DNA of 64,000 nt from Octopus vulgaris. Its lineage: Eukaryota. The stretch is taken from positions 114,390,001 to 114,454,000 of the forward strand of contig OX597821.1 in assembly GCA_951406725.2 (NCBI GenBank), read 5' to 3'. A model generated the notes under the pieces. The model saw only the letters and a program-made list of their open reading frames with translations. It was not told the origin of the DNA and searched no databases. How positions within the stretch are numbered: position 1 is the first letter of the stretch; each line of letters opens with the position of its first letter. Position numbers and translations under genes: made by a program. This document shows, piece after piece, positions 52,565 through 64,000 of the stretch.

Positions 52565-53989
52565 AACACACACACACAAACACACACATACACATTTACA
52601 TATATTTATTCTCATTCAAGAATGTTGTTGACAGTGACTTTGAACATTCAGTCAGCTGAGTCACTTACAGGACATTGGTCGGCCCAACCTATAGTGAAAG
52701 ACACAAGCCTAACATACCATTCACTGGAACCAAACCCAACATACCATAGTTGCCAGGGAAACTTGTCTCCTACACATCCATGCCACTGGCACCAATTAAT
52801 TGAAAAGATTTCTCTCTTTTGCTTAGGTCAGGAATGGAGTGGGGTAGTCAAAGTACATAAAGCTTTGTTTAGGATCAGCCATGTAATGCTTGTGGACATT
52901 GCTCTCTCTTTCGACCTACATACCATGACCATCAACATTTAACGTCTGTTTTTCATGCTGTCATGGTTGGATGGCTTGATAGGAACTGGCAAGGGGCCAA
53001 CGGCCACACCAGCTCCCATAGTCTGTTTTGGCTTGGTTTCTACAGCTCTCTGCTCTTCCTAATGCCAACCACTTTAGAGAGTGTACTAGGTGCTTTTTAC
53101 ATGGCACCATCACTATATATATATATATATATATATTTGGGAAGTGTTTTCTAAGACCAAAATGTTTTACTGATGCAGACAACACTTCAAAAGGTTGTCT
53201 ATAAATCCTATGTGACTGTTGGTGTTGCTGTTTAGCCCAAGGCAGCCCAGACTGAGCTAACCTATGATCAAACACATTGAGATCATTGCAATTTTGTTTT
53301 ACTTTCAGGAACAGTACCAAATAATACATTATCTAGGGTGTCCTTTTTTTTTAAGACAGGAGGAAGTTCGGAAGGCGTTAGGAAGGGGATCCGGCTGTAG
53401 AAACTCTGCCAAATCAAGATTGGAGCCTGGTGCAGCCATCTGGTTCGCCAGCCCTCAGTCAAAATCGTCCAACCCATGCTAGCATGGAAAGCGGACGTTA
53501 AACGATAGTGATGATGATGATGAGGAGGAGGAGGGTGTAATTCTAGGGAGATTTAGATACTTTAGCAACCATATAGAGGATGCCTTGTTGGTTCAATGAA
53601 GTCTAAGTAGCTAGCCAAGATGTTATTTGTGAAGACAAAGAATGCTCAAGCAGTGGAGCTCCATGTTCAAGAAATGCATTCTCTTTTATTCTGCTCTTGG
53701 TTTAAATGCATTATTTTAACATGGTGACACTTGTTAAACACGCCCAACATGCAGCGTTATGTTTTTATCATTAACCCTTTTGGCATTCAGGTTTATACTG
53801 TCAAATACAAAAGCTTACTTATTCACATCATTTGGAATTAATCGGGTGTTATCAACTGACTTTGAGATTTCGATGATGTGATAGTTTGAGAACGACATGG
53901 AGAGGCAGGTGTAAGAGGCCAGATCTGGCAGCTTTGAACATAAAAAAGGGAAAATATTTAGGCCAGATACAGCCGGTTTGAAGGCTAAA

Positions 53990-54219
53990 CTGGCGAACTG
54001 GCAGAAACGTTAGCACGCCGGGCGAAATGCTTAGCGGTATTTCGTCTGTCGCAACATTCTGAGTTCAAATTCCGGCGAGGTCGACTTTGCCCCTCATCCT
54101 TTCGGGGTCGATAAATTAAGTACCAGTTACGCACTGGGGTCGATGTAATCGACTTAATACCTATGTCTGTCCTTGTTTGTCCACTCTATGTTTAGCCCCT
54201 TGTGGGTAGTAAAGAAATA
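53990..54219 (+). mobile_element. SINE family 2 with 15-bp TSD, nested in a piggyBac-like MITE (53771-54240)
   Basis: TSD ggtttgaaggctaaa at 53975-53989 and 54220-54234; tRNA-like head with gttcaaattcc; central gcc..tcatcctttcggggtcgataaa block. Confidence 0.9.
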
Positions 54220-55210
54220 GGTTTGAAGGCTAAAGGGCTCAACAAGGTAGAATTTGCAGCCATACAGGAAATGGCTAGTGAAGAGAAACCGATTGGCAAT
54301 ACAGGTTTTTTCATTTTTTTTCTGGCATAGGTTGTTTCATAATTAAATTCTTCCTGGAATTTTAACCCTTTTTGTTACCATATTTCTATAGAAATATAAT
54401 GCTTTTTTTTCAGCTAAAATGAAGAATGAGTATTGAGTTAAATAACTGTGGTTATTAAGCTAATTGTTTGGAACGTTAGTTAATGAGAAATTTTGGAGGA
54501 AGGTTTTAGATTATGTTTCTTTAAATATGAAGCTTGTATCAAAGAACCAGGGGTAGTCATGGTTGGATTGGTAACAAATGGGTTAAGGCAAAAAATGCTT
54601 GTCCTTTCAGAGTTATCGAGGACTACTCGATAACTCTCTAATGTAGCCATTTTCTTTACAAAGATGGTAGGGTGTGATTTGAAGGAATCTGGCTGCTGCT
54701 TCTAGCAGACTGAGCAACCATAACAACAACTGATTTTATTTCTCTGCTGTTGTCTATGCAAGATCCTGATAATGGACTACGACAAATGGTGAGATGTTGA
54801 GACTCATCCAACCCATGCCAACATGGGAGGGATGTGATGATGATGATGATGATGATGGTACATGAATCAGTAAAACAAACAACACATTGGCACTCTGTCG
54901 GTTACGATGACAAGGTTTCCAGTTGATCCGATCAACAGAACAGCTTGTTTGTGACATTAACATGCAAGTGGCCGAGTACTCCACAGACACATGTATCCTT
55001 AACTAGTTCTCAGGATGATTCAGCATGACACGGAATGTGACAATGCTGGCCTCTTGAATTACAGGTACTACTCATTTTTGCCAGCTGAGTGGACTGGGGC
55101 AATGGGAAATCAAGTGTCTTGCTCAAGAACTCAAAGCACTGCTGGGTATTGAACTCACAACATTAACGATTGCAAAATGAATACTGTAACCACTAAGCTA
55201 TATGCTTTCA

Positions 55211-55526
55211 CTGTGAAGGGGTGTGGCCTAGTGGTTAGGGCATTCGGCTCACAGTTGTGAGGTTGTGAGTTCAATTCCCAGCAACGCGTTCTGTCCGTGA
55301 GCAAGACACTTTATTTCACGTTACTCTAGTCCACTCAGGTGGCAAAAATGAGTAGTACCTGTATTTCAAAGGGCCAGCCTTGTCACACTGAATCTCCCTG
55401 AGAACTATGTTAAGGGTACACTTATCTGTAGAGTGCTCAGCCACTTCCATGTTAATTTCACGAGCAAGCTGTTCCATTGATTGTATCAGCTGGGACCCTC
55501 GTCATCATAACCGACAGAGTGCTCCT
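55211..55526 (+). mobile_element. SINE family 3 with 13-bp TSD, head-to-head with an inverted copy (~54880-55210); other copies ~1213-1490, 6422-6600, 40238-40570, 62810-63080
   Basis: A box tggcctagtgg, B box gttcaattcc; TSD ctatatgctttca at 55198-55210 and 55527-55539. Confidence 0.87.
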
Positions 55527-55761
55527 CTATATGCTTTCATTATAAGATTTGTAAACGATAACCAAATATATTTTTAAATAAAACATTGAGAAGGATTGAC
55601 ATTTTTAAATAATACAAAATTTTAAATTATTAATGATGCAAAACATTAAACATAATTACACTAAATGTAAAAAAACATCAAAACAAATTTAAATGGTATT
55701 TAAATAAAAAAATTATTTTGCAAAACCAAAAAGCCAATTTTAAAACAAAACTTAAAATTAC

Positions 55762-56275
55762 CTTCATCTCTCATCCTTTAACTTAAGATTTCCATCTCTC
55801 ACAGAAGAAAACTGATAAAATCACCATAATGTCAGGTTACAAAGTTACGCGAAAAGATTTCCTCAAATAGAACTTGCAGTTCAATAATACCAAGAAAAAT
55901 AATAAAAATTCAGTAATTAGTAGGGATTGAAACCACTTTCTACTGACAATCACCTGATAAGCCTGAAGGCAACTTCAACGTTTCTAGTACTGATTTTAAA
56001 AAATTTGTGAAAATAAAATCATAAATAAATTAGTGAATAATATCAACATTTAACTACCATCAAGGCATAAGATATTTTCTCAAACTATTTCCAATGTTTC
56101 CATGAAGAACGGAATAAAGAACTGCCCTGTACCAATCAGAACTGAATTAGTAGTACCAATGTACTTAATAGTAAAAACAGAACCAAGTCTCTTTCAGCAG
56201 ACATCTCTCGTATGTAGCTGCATCTATTTCTTACACAATAAGTTCTTTGAGTAATGTTTGAAATAAAGAGAGCTA
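55762..56275 (-). other. Candidate non-coding exon
   Basis: ttttttctgtcag| acceptor and GAAG|gtaatt donor around apparently non-repeat sequence. Confidence 0.28.
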
Positions 56276-56456
56276 CTGACAGAAAAAATGTGAATATATA
56301 CTTAATAAACTTAAAATTTCTATGTTCCAAGAACTTTTTTTCAAAAATTCTTTTTATTAATTTTGTTCCTCCTCCTCCACCTAATAACAACAACAACAAT
56401 AAATAATAATAATAATAATAATAATGATGATAATAATAATAATAATAATAATAATG

Positions 56457-56550
56457 ACCACAAACCTAAAGGCATTGTTGAAAATAAAAATGCAAAGATC
56501 CTAAGGGATTTTATGATTCAGTGTAACCATAAGATTGAGTATAGGAAGCC
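56457..56550 (+). mobile_element. R4/Dong-like REL fragment after (AAT)n
   Basis: HKPKGIVENKNAKILRDFMIQCNHKIEYRKP. Confidence 0.65.
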
Positions 56551-56919
56551 AGTTACGTGGAAATTATTTTTAAAAAAACTGCCGGTCAAACCGAAAAGAT
56601 CCGGTTCATCTAATCCCATTTATTTTTAGGTTTTTGAAAAACTCTTCTGTTTTATTGTTAGAATCCTGATAATAGAATCATAAAATAGCACGCTTAAAGT
56701 ATTTAGTTTCCTCCCTGAATGTTTTTAGTTCAAATACTTCCTACCAGTGTCAATGTTGTTCCTCATCCTCCTGATGTTAATAAAATATGGAGTCATTTTA
56801 ATCCAATATACCACTTGGCTATTAATTAGTAAGAGTTTAAGAAAAAAAACAAAAGACGAAGACAGGTGGTGTACAAAACAAACAGATGTATTAGTATAAT
56901 GCTCAGGAATAGAGAAAGT

Positions 56920-56955
56920 CTTTTACGTTTCGAGCCTATGCTCTTCTACAGAAAG
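56920..56955 (-). ncRNA. Minimal type I hammerhead-like motif (A6-to-U variant), probably in a Penelope-like terminal repeat (~56840-56970)
   Basis: CUUU-CUGUAGA-A-GAGC-AUAG-GCUC-GAAA-CG-UA-AAAG. Confidence 0.6.
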
Positions 56956-58748
56956 GGACACAGAAAGATACCCTTCCCCGAACCCCCAACCCTAAAACAG
57001 ATTGAAATGCAATAGATCGATACTAGGGTCATAATTATGGGTGACAATTTCATATGACACCGCTAGAAAAAACTGCCGTTCAAACCGAAAAGAACTGATG
57101 AACCTTTTTGATACTAAGCAATCTGAAAACCTTCTGGTTCTGTTATGCTGGGTGTTACAAGGGTTATTTAGGTAGAAAACATCAAGTGAGCTATGAGGTA
57201 GCAGAGGGAGGGGCGGGGCTTCATGGTGGCTGTGGATTAGGAAATGGTTAGTACTAATGGAACGCAAGGTAAGGCTTGATCAACCCTGGATGAGGGTACC
57301 TGGTTGTTAAAAGGCCTGAAACACTTAATAAACCCAGGAAACATCACTGACGATGGATCAAGATGCAATACAAGATGATGTATGGAAACCTTACAGCTAT
57401 GTGAGTGGAAACTAAAAGAACCTGTCGTATGTGTGTGTGTGTGTGTGTGCGTGTTTGTGTTTGTCCCCCTTGACAATTGTGTTGACATTCCTGTAAGTTG
57501 ATGGTTCAGCAAACGAGACCAATGGAAGTAAATAACAGACTTTAAAAAAATAAGTACTGAAATTTTTCAAGGCGATGCCACAGCATGACCACAGTCTAAT
57601 GACTGAAACGAGTAAACGATAAACAACAACTTAATAAGAACAAAAATTATGGTTTAAAATCTAAAAGAAAATAACAAGCAAGGGAGGTAACTCCAATAAG
57701 ATCAAGTGATAATATTGTATTTCAAGATGGTCATTTTATTTATTAGTTTTTGGGGGTTTTTTTTTTGGTCTACTAAACAATTTATAATAATTTTTGAACA
57801 ATAATGACAATGAAAAGTGGAGTGGATCTGTTCTTTGAAGCCAACTGGTAAACCTGCAGTAGGTCATACCTATTTAGGTGGAATCTATTTACAGCTTAGT
57901 GGACTGAATATTTCTGAATGGACATCACACAATGCAGGTAATGAGTGATAAAATATCTACCCCTTTCATGTAACATTATAAAACATCTACCCCTTTCAGC
58001 TGCTAACGTAATACCCTGTCATCTCTCCCTCTCACCCGATTGTAAAGCAACACCTTTAATAATCAATGTCTTGGTAGAACTGCATTAATATGCAACAGAC
58101 TGAACAGGTAAAAACTGGAGTTAATTCAATGTTTCAACACCAATATCTTTTTTTTTTGTTGTTGTTGTTGTTGTTGCTTTTTTAAGCATTGATCCACAAT
58201 CCTAATTACCTTATGTATATACAAATGAGTGTGCATAGAATCATTACATTTGTCCTTCTTACCATCATCATCTAATTTGCAAAGCTAGCCATGGGTTCAA
58301 AAACTAATTAATCTATATTCTCTCTTGTCTCAACAAAACAGTCACAACAAAAGGAAACTACTATCGATTGATAACATTGGTATAAACCAATCGATTTGTA
58401 AGGGAAGGGTATAATCAATTGAAATAACCTGTATTCACCCCGCCACCGAGAGATAAACAAAAACAAAAAAAGCAGTCAACTCCAATGAATTCTCAATTCA
58501 GGCCCAAATGTTAAGCATTTGGTGAAGGTATCTACTGTTTCTGCAACTCCACCATCTTGGTATCAAAAAGAAACTGGTCAATGTTATTCTAACAACTGCC
58601 TTTCCAAGAGCACAAACAACATGGAATAGCATCAACTGACCATTCAAACTGTGTCAAGATCTTGAAATTTCAGCTGCTTCATTTTTCTACACATGTAAAA
58701 ATGTAGGTTCATTTTTTCCTTTTTTTTCCATGTTTTTATGGGTTAGTC

Positions 58749-59120
58749 TAGTAATTCTCAACCAGGGCCCATGTGACTCCAGGAGTGCATATAAGATTTT
58801 GTGAGCAAAATAGGAAATTGGGGATCCACATTTTTTTAAGGGTCCATGAAAAATGTTGCTTTAGTTTTATTTATTGCAAGAAACAATTGCGTTTCTTTCT
58901 TTAATGTTTTACACAGTTCAACAGGTTTCCAGCCACGGAAACAGGTTCTCTCAGAGAGTACTTTTGCAAACCTATGCAAGGGAATGAGTGAAAAACAAAA
59001 TGGGAATTTTGAAAGAAGTATCTATAATACTAGGTTTTAAACATCAAATGGCTATGGCGGGGTCCACCAGAATAAAAGTAATCAAAGGAGTCCATATATA
59101 AAAATGGTTGAGAACCACTA
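58749..59120 (+). mobile_element. hAT-type MITE
   Basis: Ends tagtaattctcaacc / ggttgagaaccacta; 8-bp TSD ggttagtc/ggttagac. Confidence 0.8.
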
Positions 59121-59657
59121 GGTTAGACAAATATGTTATTGTTTCACAGCTGGATGCTTTTCCTGTCACTAACCTTTACCTGTTTTCCAAATAAAGGATC
59201 TCCCACTCCATACAGCTTCAATGGCACAAAGTGAGGGGCTGATTTGTTGAGAAAAGAACTAACAAAAACAACATCATTTGCACACCACAACCTTCACAGA
59301 AGTGAGCAAGACGTAAACATGCACACGCGCACACACACACAACATTTTTCTTTCAATTTCAATCAACCAAATCCACTCACAAACTTTTGTCAACCCAGGG
59401 CTGTAATAAAAGACACCTGCCCAAGGTACCACACTGTAGAACTGAACCTGGAATCACAAATGGTGAAAAAGCAAACTTCTGTGCTTATGTTTAATTTACT
59501 AAACTTGCCACAAGAACAAACCACATGAGAAATCAGAAGCCAGCATGGGAACCTTCTTTGCAATTAATTAATAATAAAACGATAATTACGAGAATAAGTA
59601 ATGACTAAATAACTGCTCAAAATAGAAGCCAAATCTACGTCCAGTATCGCAACTTAC

Positions 59658-59788
59658 CATCTTAGAAAATGGACAGAAACATTGGCTAAAGTAGTCGTAG
59701 ATATACTATGCCCAGAAAATAGGTATGTTCCCAGTTGCAACACCTTTGATCCTAGGTCTGCTGGATCAGCTATGACACTAGGTAACAA
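59658..59788 (-). other. Candidate upstream exon (5'UTR of the transporter or part of another transcript)
   Basis: gttgttgttgcag| ... AGATG|gtaagt around 131 nt of apparently non-repeat sequence; one frame open. Confidence 0.35.
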
Positions 59789-60377
59789 CTGCAACAACAA
59801 CCACATTAGAAATAACGAGTTATAAGCACATACATTAAAGATAGCTAAAGTGCTTGACATTTGACAAGATTCCAAAGTGTCTTTGAATAAAAACACAGAC
59901 TTAAACACTAGTTTGCAATTAATTACTGCTGCTAATTACAAGAATAAGCAATGGCTAACCAATTACTGTTTCAACCACTAATTACACTCTCATTAACTCT
60001 TCAATTAAGATATAAATTTAAATAGTAGAAGCTGTAGAACAGCATAAAATCTACCTTTGCTTCAATCGCAAGTAACAGCTGCTTCGTTTAAATCAGTGGA
60101 TCTCAGCCAAACAACCCTTGGGGATCCGTTTAAGAGTTTGTCTTTTTCATTCTTTGGCTTGTTTCAGTCATTTGACTGCGACCATGCTGGAGCACTGCCA
60201 TTAGTTGAACAAATCAACCCCAGGACTTATTCTTTGTAAGCCTGGTACTTATTCTATTGGCCTCTCTTGCCAAACTGTTAAGTTACAAGGATGTAAGCAC
60301 ACCAAGATTGGTTGTCAAGTGATGTTGGGGGTACAAACACAGACACAAACATATACACACACACATATATACATATA

Positions 60378-61623
60378 TTGGGTTGGCAACTAAGTTCCCA
60401 CTGTTTGTTTTAATTTTGGAATTTACTGCGTTTTTAAATTTTGGAATCTATTTTTTTTATTTTGAGAATTCTATTTTCGAATCATTTTGAAATCTATTTT
60501 GCTTTTTTTTTTCTAGTTAATTTTAGTTAAGTTTTGTTTATTTTCAGATCATTAAAATGGAATGTCAAGTTAAGAAAAATGAGCATTTTCAACACCACCT
60601 TTTTGCTTTTAGTCAAGGTTCTAAGGCTGCAAAAGCTGCTCACGACATTTGTGCTGTGTATGGAGAGGGTGCCATGGCTAAAAGAACTGCTCGTGATTGG
60701 TATGCCAAGTTCAAAAATGGAAATTTCGACCTCAAAGATGCACTTTATTCTAGCCATCCAGTTGTGTTTGATGAAGAGCAATTGAACCAACTTTTGCACA
60801 AAAATTCTCATCAAACAACAAAGGAACTGGCAGACAAAATGGAATGCTCCCACACTGCTATAGAGAAGCATCTTCACTCGATGGGAAAAGTTCAGAAGTA
60901 TGGAGCATGGGTTCCGTATGCTTTAAGTGACAACAACAAAAATCAACGAGCTACAATCTCTGCTGGTTTGCTTGCTCGTCACTGTTCAACTCATTGACAC
61001 AAGCAACGATTTCTTTACCGAATCATTACTGGTGACGAAAAATGGTGCCTGTACAACAATATGAAGCAGTGTAAGGAATGGCTTAGCCCCGGTGAACAAG
61101 TGACGCTGCGCATGAAACAAGATCTTCATCCACGTAAAATGATGTTGTGCATATGGTGGGACTGGGAAGGAATTATCCATTACGAATTGCTTGAACGGAA
61201 CCAAATGGTCAATGTAGAACTCTATGTTCGACAGATGGAATGACTCAACATGGCTGTTCAAGAGAAAAGACCTAATCAGCAGCATGGAGTTCTTCTGCTG
61301 CACGACAACGTCCACCCTCATATCGCCAATATGACCAAGGAAGCCATTTAAACGCATGGCTGAGAAGTGCTGTCACACCTGCCATACTCTGGGCAGAGTT
61401 TCATTCAATACTGATGCAGAATTGAAAGCTTGGTTGGATCAATTTTTCAAGTCGAAATCAGGTGATTTCTACCTACAAGGTATTCAAAATCTTGTTGAAC
61501 ATTGGGAAGAAGTGGTAAATAACAAGGGTGAATACATTATTGATTAATTAGTTGTTATTTTTTATTAAACCTTTTAAAAAATCTAAATTTTAAAAAATGG
61601 TGGGAACTTAGTTGCCAACCTAA
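60378..61623 (+). mobile_element. mariner DNA transposon (mellifera-subfamily-like), 24-bp TIRs, TA target duplication
   Basis: TTGGGTTGGCAACTAAGTTCCCAC / GTGGGAACTTAGTTGCCAACCTAA (1 mismatch); TA at 60376-77 and 61624-25. Confidence 0.95.
60557..61547 (+). pseudogene. mariner transposase pseudogene
   Basis: HTH N-terminus, WVPYAL, TGDEKW, HDNVHPH; stops at 60995 and 61241; YSPDLAP/third Asp region deleted. Confidence 0.92.
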
Positions 61624-62041
61624 TATGAGCATGAGCATTAGCCATTCAACTACATATCAATTACATTAAAAATTCAAAACCCACAAAATTATAATGGACA
61701 AAATAATTAAGTAGAATCTACAACTATCAAAATATATTTCTATATATCTCAAATAATATCAATCCAAACTCATTTATGTCTAAGACAATCTTTCGTTATT
61801 ATAACAACATACAACAATATTTTTTTTAATAATTGTTTATGTTATATCATATTCATAGTATATTATGTTATATTATAATATAAATTAATTATTCAATTGT
61901 CAACTGAATCTCTCTATTTAATTTATTGTTTGCAATTTGCATTATATCCATATTTATGGGGTACTCAACTGATGTACCAGTGAATTGGATGTTTTACATA
62001 ACAACCCTTTGAAGGAATTCCTTTCCTCAGTTTGTTACATT

Positions 62042-62655
62042 AGACCTAGGAAGACATGGGATGAGGTAGTCAAGCATGACCTTCAAACATTGGGCCTCAC
62101 AGAGGCAATGACGAAAGACCGAGATCTCTGGAGATATGCTGTGACTGCAAAGACCCGACAAATAACGTGAGTTCATGGCTGCTTCCTGCACCAGTTTCAC
62201 AGCCCCAGCCCATCCAAAGTACCTTGGATTGCAGAACGACCTGTTGTGCTTACCTTGGATTGTAGGGTGACTTGCTGTGCTTGAGGAGACCTATAGAGTC
62301 AAGTACATCAACATCAAAATAAATATCAAATGGAAATTGTAGTTATGATACCTGTGCCGGCGGCAAGTAAAAAGCACCATCCAAACGTGGCCGATGCCAG
62401 CGCCGCCTTGACTGGCTCCTGTGCCGGTGGCACGTAAAAAGCACCAACCGATCGTGGCCGTTGCCAGCATCACCTGGCATGTAAAAAGCACCCACTACAC
62501 TCACGGAGTGGTTGGCGCTAGGAAGGGCATCCAGCTGTAGAAACCCTGCCAGATCAGACTGGAGCCTGGTGCAGCCTCCTGGCTTCCCAGAACCCGGACG
62601 AAACGTCCAACCCGTGCTAGCATGGAAAACGGACGTTAAACGATGATGATGATGA
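62042..62655 (+). mobile_element. RTE LINE 3' fragment (ORF end + 3'UTR + GAT tail), sister subfamily of the 9.9-kb element
   Basis: [34 protein letters not shown] matches the C-terminus at 11.1-11.26 kb; same terminal ~170 nt. Confidence 0.9.
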
Positions 62656-64000
62656 TATATATAAACAGAGTTAATGGTTATAGTAACCACCTAAGGGATA
62701 AAATATCTGTATATGCTATCAGTATCCATTACCTGTGTTATACCCAGGTGATGGTGTGCAGGCACACCATACACATTGAGTGCAGGTAACAACAGGACAC
62801 CCTCCCAGGCATAAATCCAGGCAAGGTCGTTTATGGAAGACCAACAGTCGCCCATGCATACTGGCCTCCCCTCTCTACGTCACCAGTGTTACCCAAGGGA
62901 AAGGCAAAGGCCAATACAGCTTGGCACCTGTAACATTGTAACTCATTTCTACAGCTGAGTGAACTGGAGCAATGTGAAATAAAGTGCCTTGCTCAACAAC
63001 ACAACACGCAGCGCGGGCCGGGATTCGAACTTGCAACCTCACGATTGTAACCTCGATGCTCTAACACTGAATCATGCACCTTCTCAACAACAGGATAAAC
63101 AAGAGTTTATCAGGTATCAATGCAAATTTTCTAATTATTTATATATATATATATATATATATACTCTTTCTCTCTTTTAGAGAATGTATATATATATATA
63201 TATACTCTTTTACTTGTTTCAGTCATTTGACTGTGGCCATGCTGGAGCACCGCCTTTAGTCGAGCAAAATCGACCCCGGGACTTATTCTTTGTAAGCCTA
63301 GTACTTATTCTATCAGTCTCTTTTGCCGAACCGCTAAGTTACAGGGATGTAAACACACCAGCATCGGTTGTCAAGCGATGTTGGGAGGCCAAACACAGAC
63401 ACACAAACATATACACACACACATACATATATATATATGTATACATATATACAACAGGCTTCTTTCAGATTCCGTCTACCAAATCCACTCACAAGGCTTT
63501 GGTTGGCCCAAGGCTATAGTAGAAGACACTTGTCCAAAGTGTGACGCAGTGGGACTGAACCCAGAACCATGTGGTTGGTAAGCAAGTTACTTACCACACT
63601 ATCTTTTTTTTTTATCTGTTTCAATCATTAAATGGTGTTCACGCTAGGGCACAACTTTGAAGAAGTTTTTAGTTGAATGAATCAATTCCAGTCCTGTTTT
63701 GCTTTTTAAACCTGGTACTTAACTCTATCAACCTCTTATGCCGACCACTAATTTATGGGAACATAAACAAACCAACACCAGCTGTCAAGTGGTGGTGAGG
63801 TACACAAACACACACATACACACACACACACATGCACGCACGCAGACACACACACATGGCAACCTTCTTTATGTTTCCATCTACTAAATCCACTGACAAA
63901 GATTTGATTGGCCTGAGGCTGTAGCAGAAGACATTTACCTAAGGTGTACCACGGTGGGATTGAACCAAGAACCATACATTTGGAAAACAAACCTCTTATC

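Noticed and set aside
55953-55985. ctgataagcctgaaggcaac and other CTGANGA hits (2599, 9272, 51064, 57348) as hammerheads
   Set aside because: No GAAA after a closing stem II and no stem I/III

Overview
AT-rich, repeat-dense eukaryotic DNA. The SINE/RTE repertoire and the huge (TA)/(TACA) microsatellites look like an Octopus (coleoid cephalopod) genome; this is pattern recognition, not a database hit. One host gene could be assembled by hand: an 8-coding-exon SLC17/anion:cation-symporter-type MFS transporter on the minus strand (ATG 24233 to TGA 6017; 1197 nt, 398 aa; all junctions GT-AG and phase-compatible). Its 5'UTR continues upstream through a splice acceptor. The rest is mostly mobile DNA: a 5'-truncated RTE LINE with a PHD finger inside its RT and a single nonsense codon, many RTE 3' tails, R4/Dong-like REL-endonuclease fragments in (TAA)n, four tRNA-derived SINE families, piggyBac/hAT/Tc1-type MITEs and a degenerate mariner. 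The most notable signal is an apparently intact type I hammerhead ribozyme (23201-23292) in the sense strand of the transporter's first coding intron, with three degenerate hammerhead-like motifs elsewhere. Several long inverted repeats would give intronic dsRNA. Most short ORFs in the supplied track are microsatellite or repeat artefacts.
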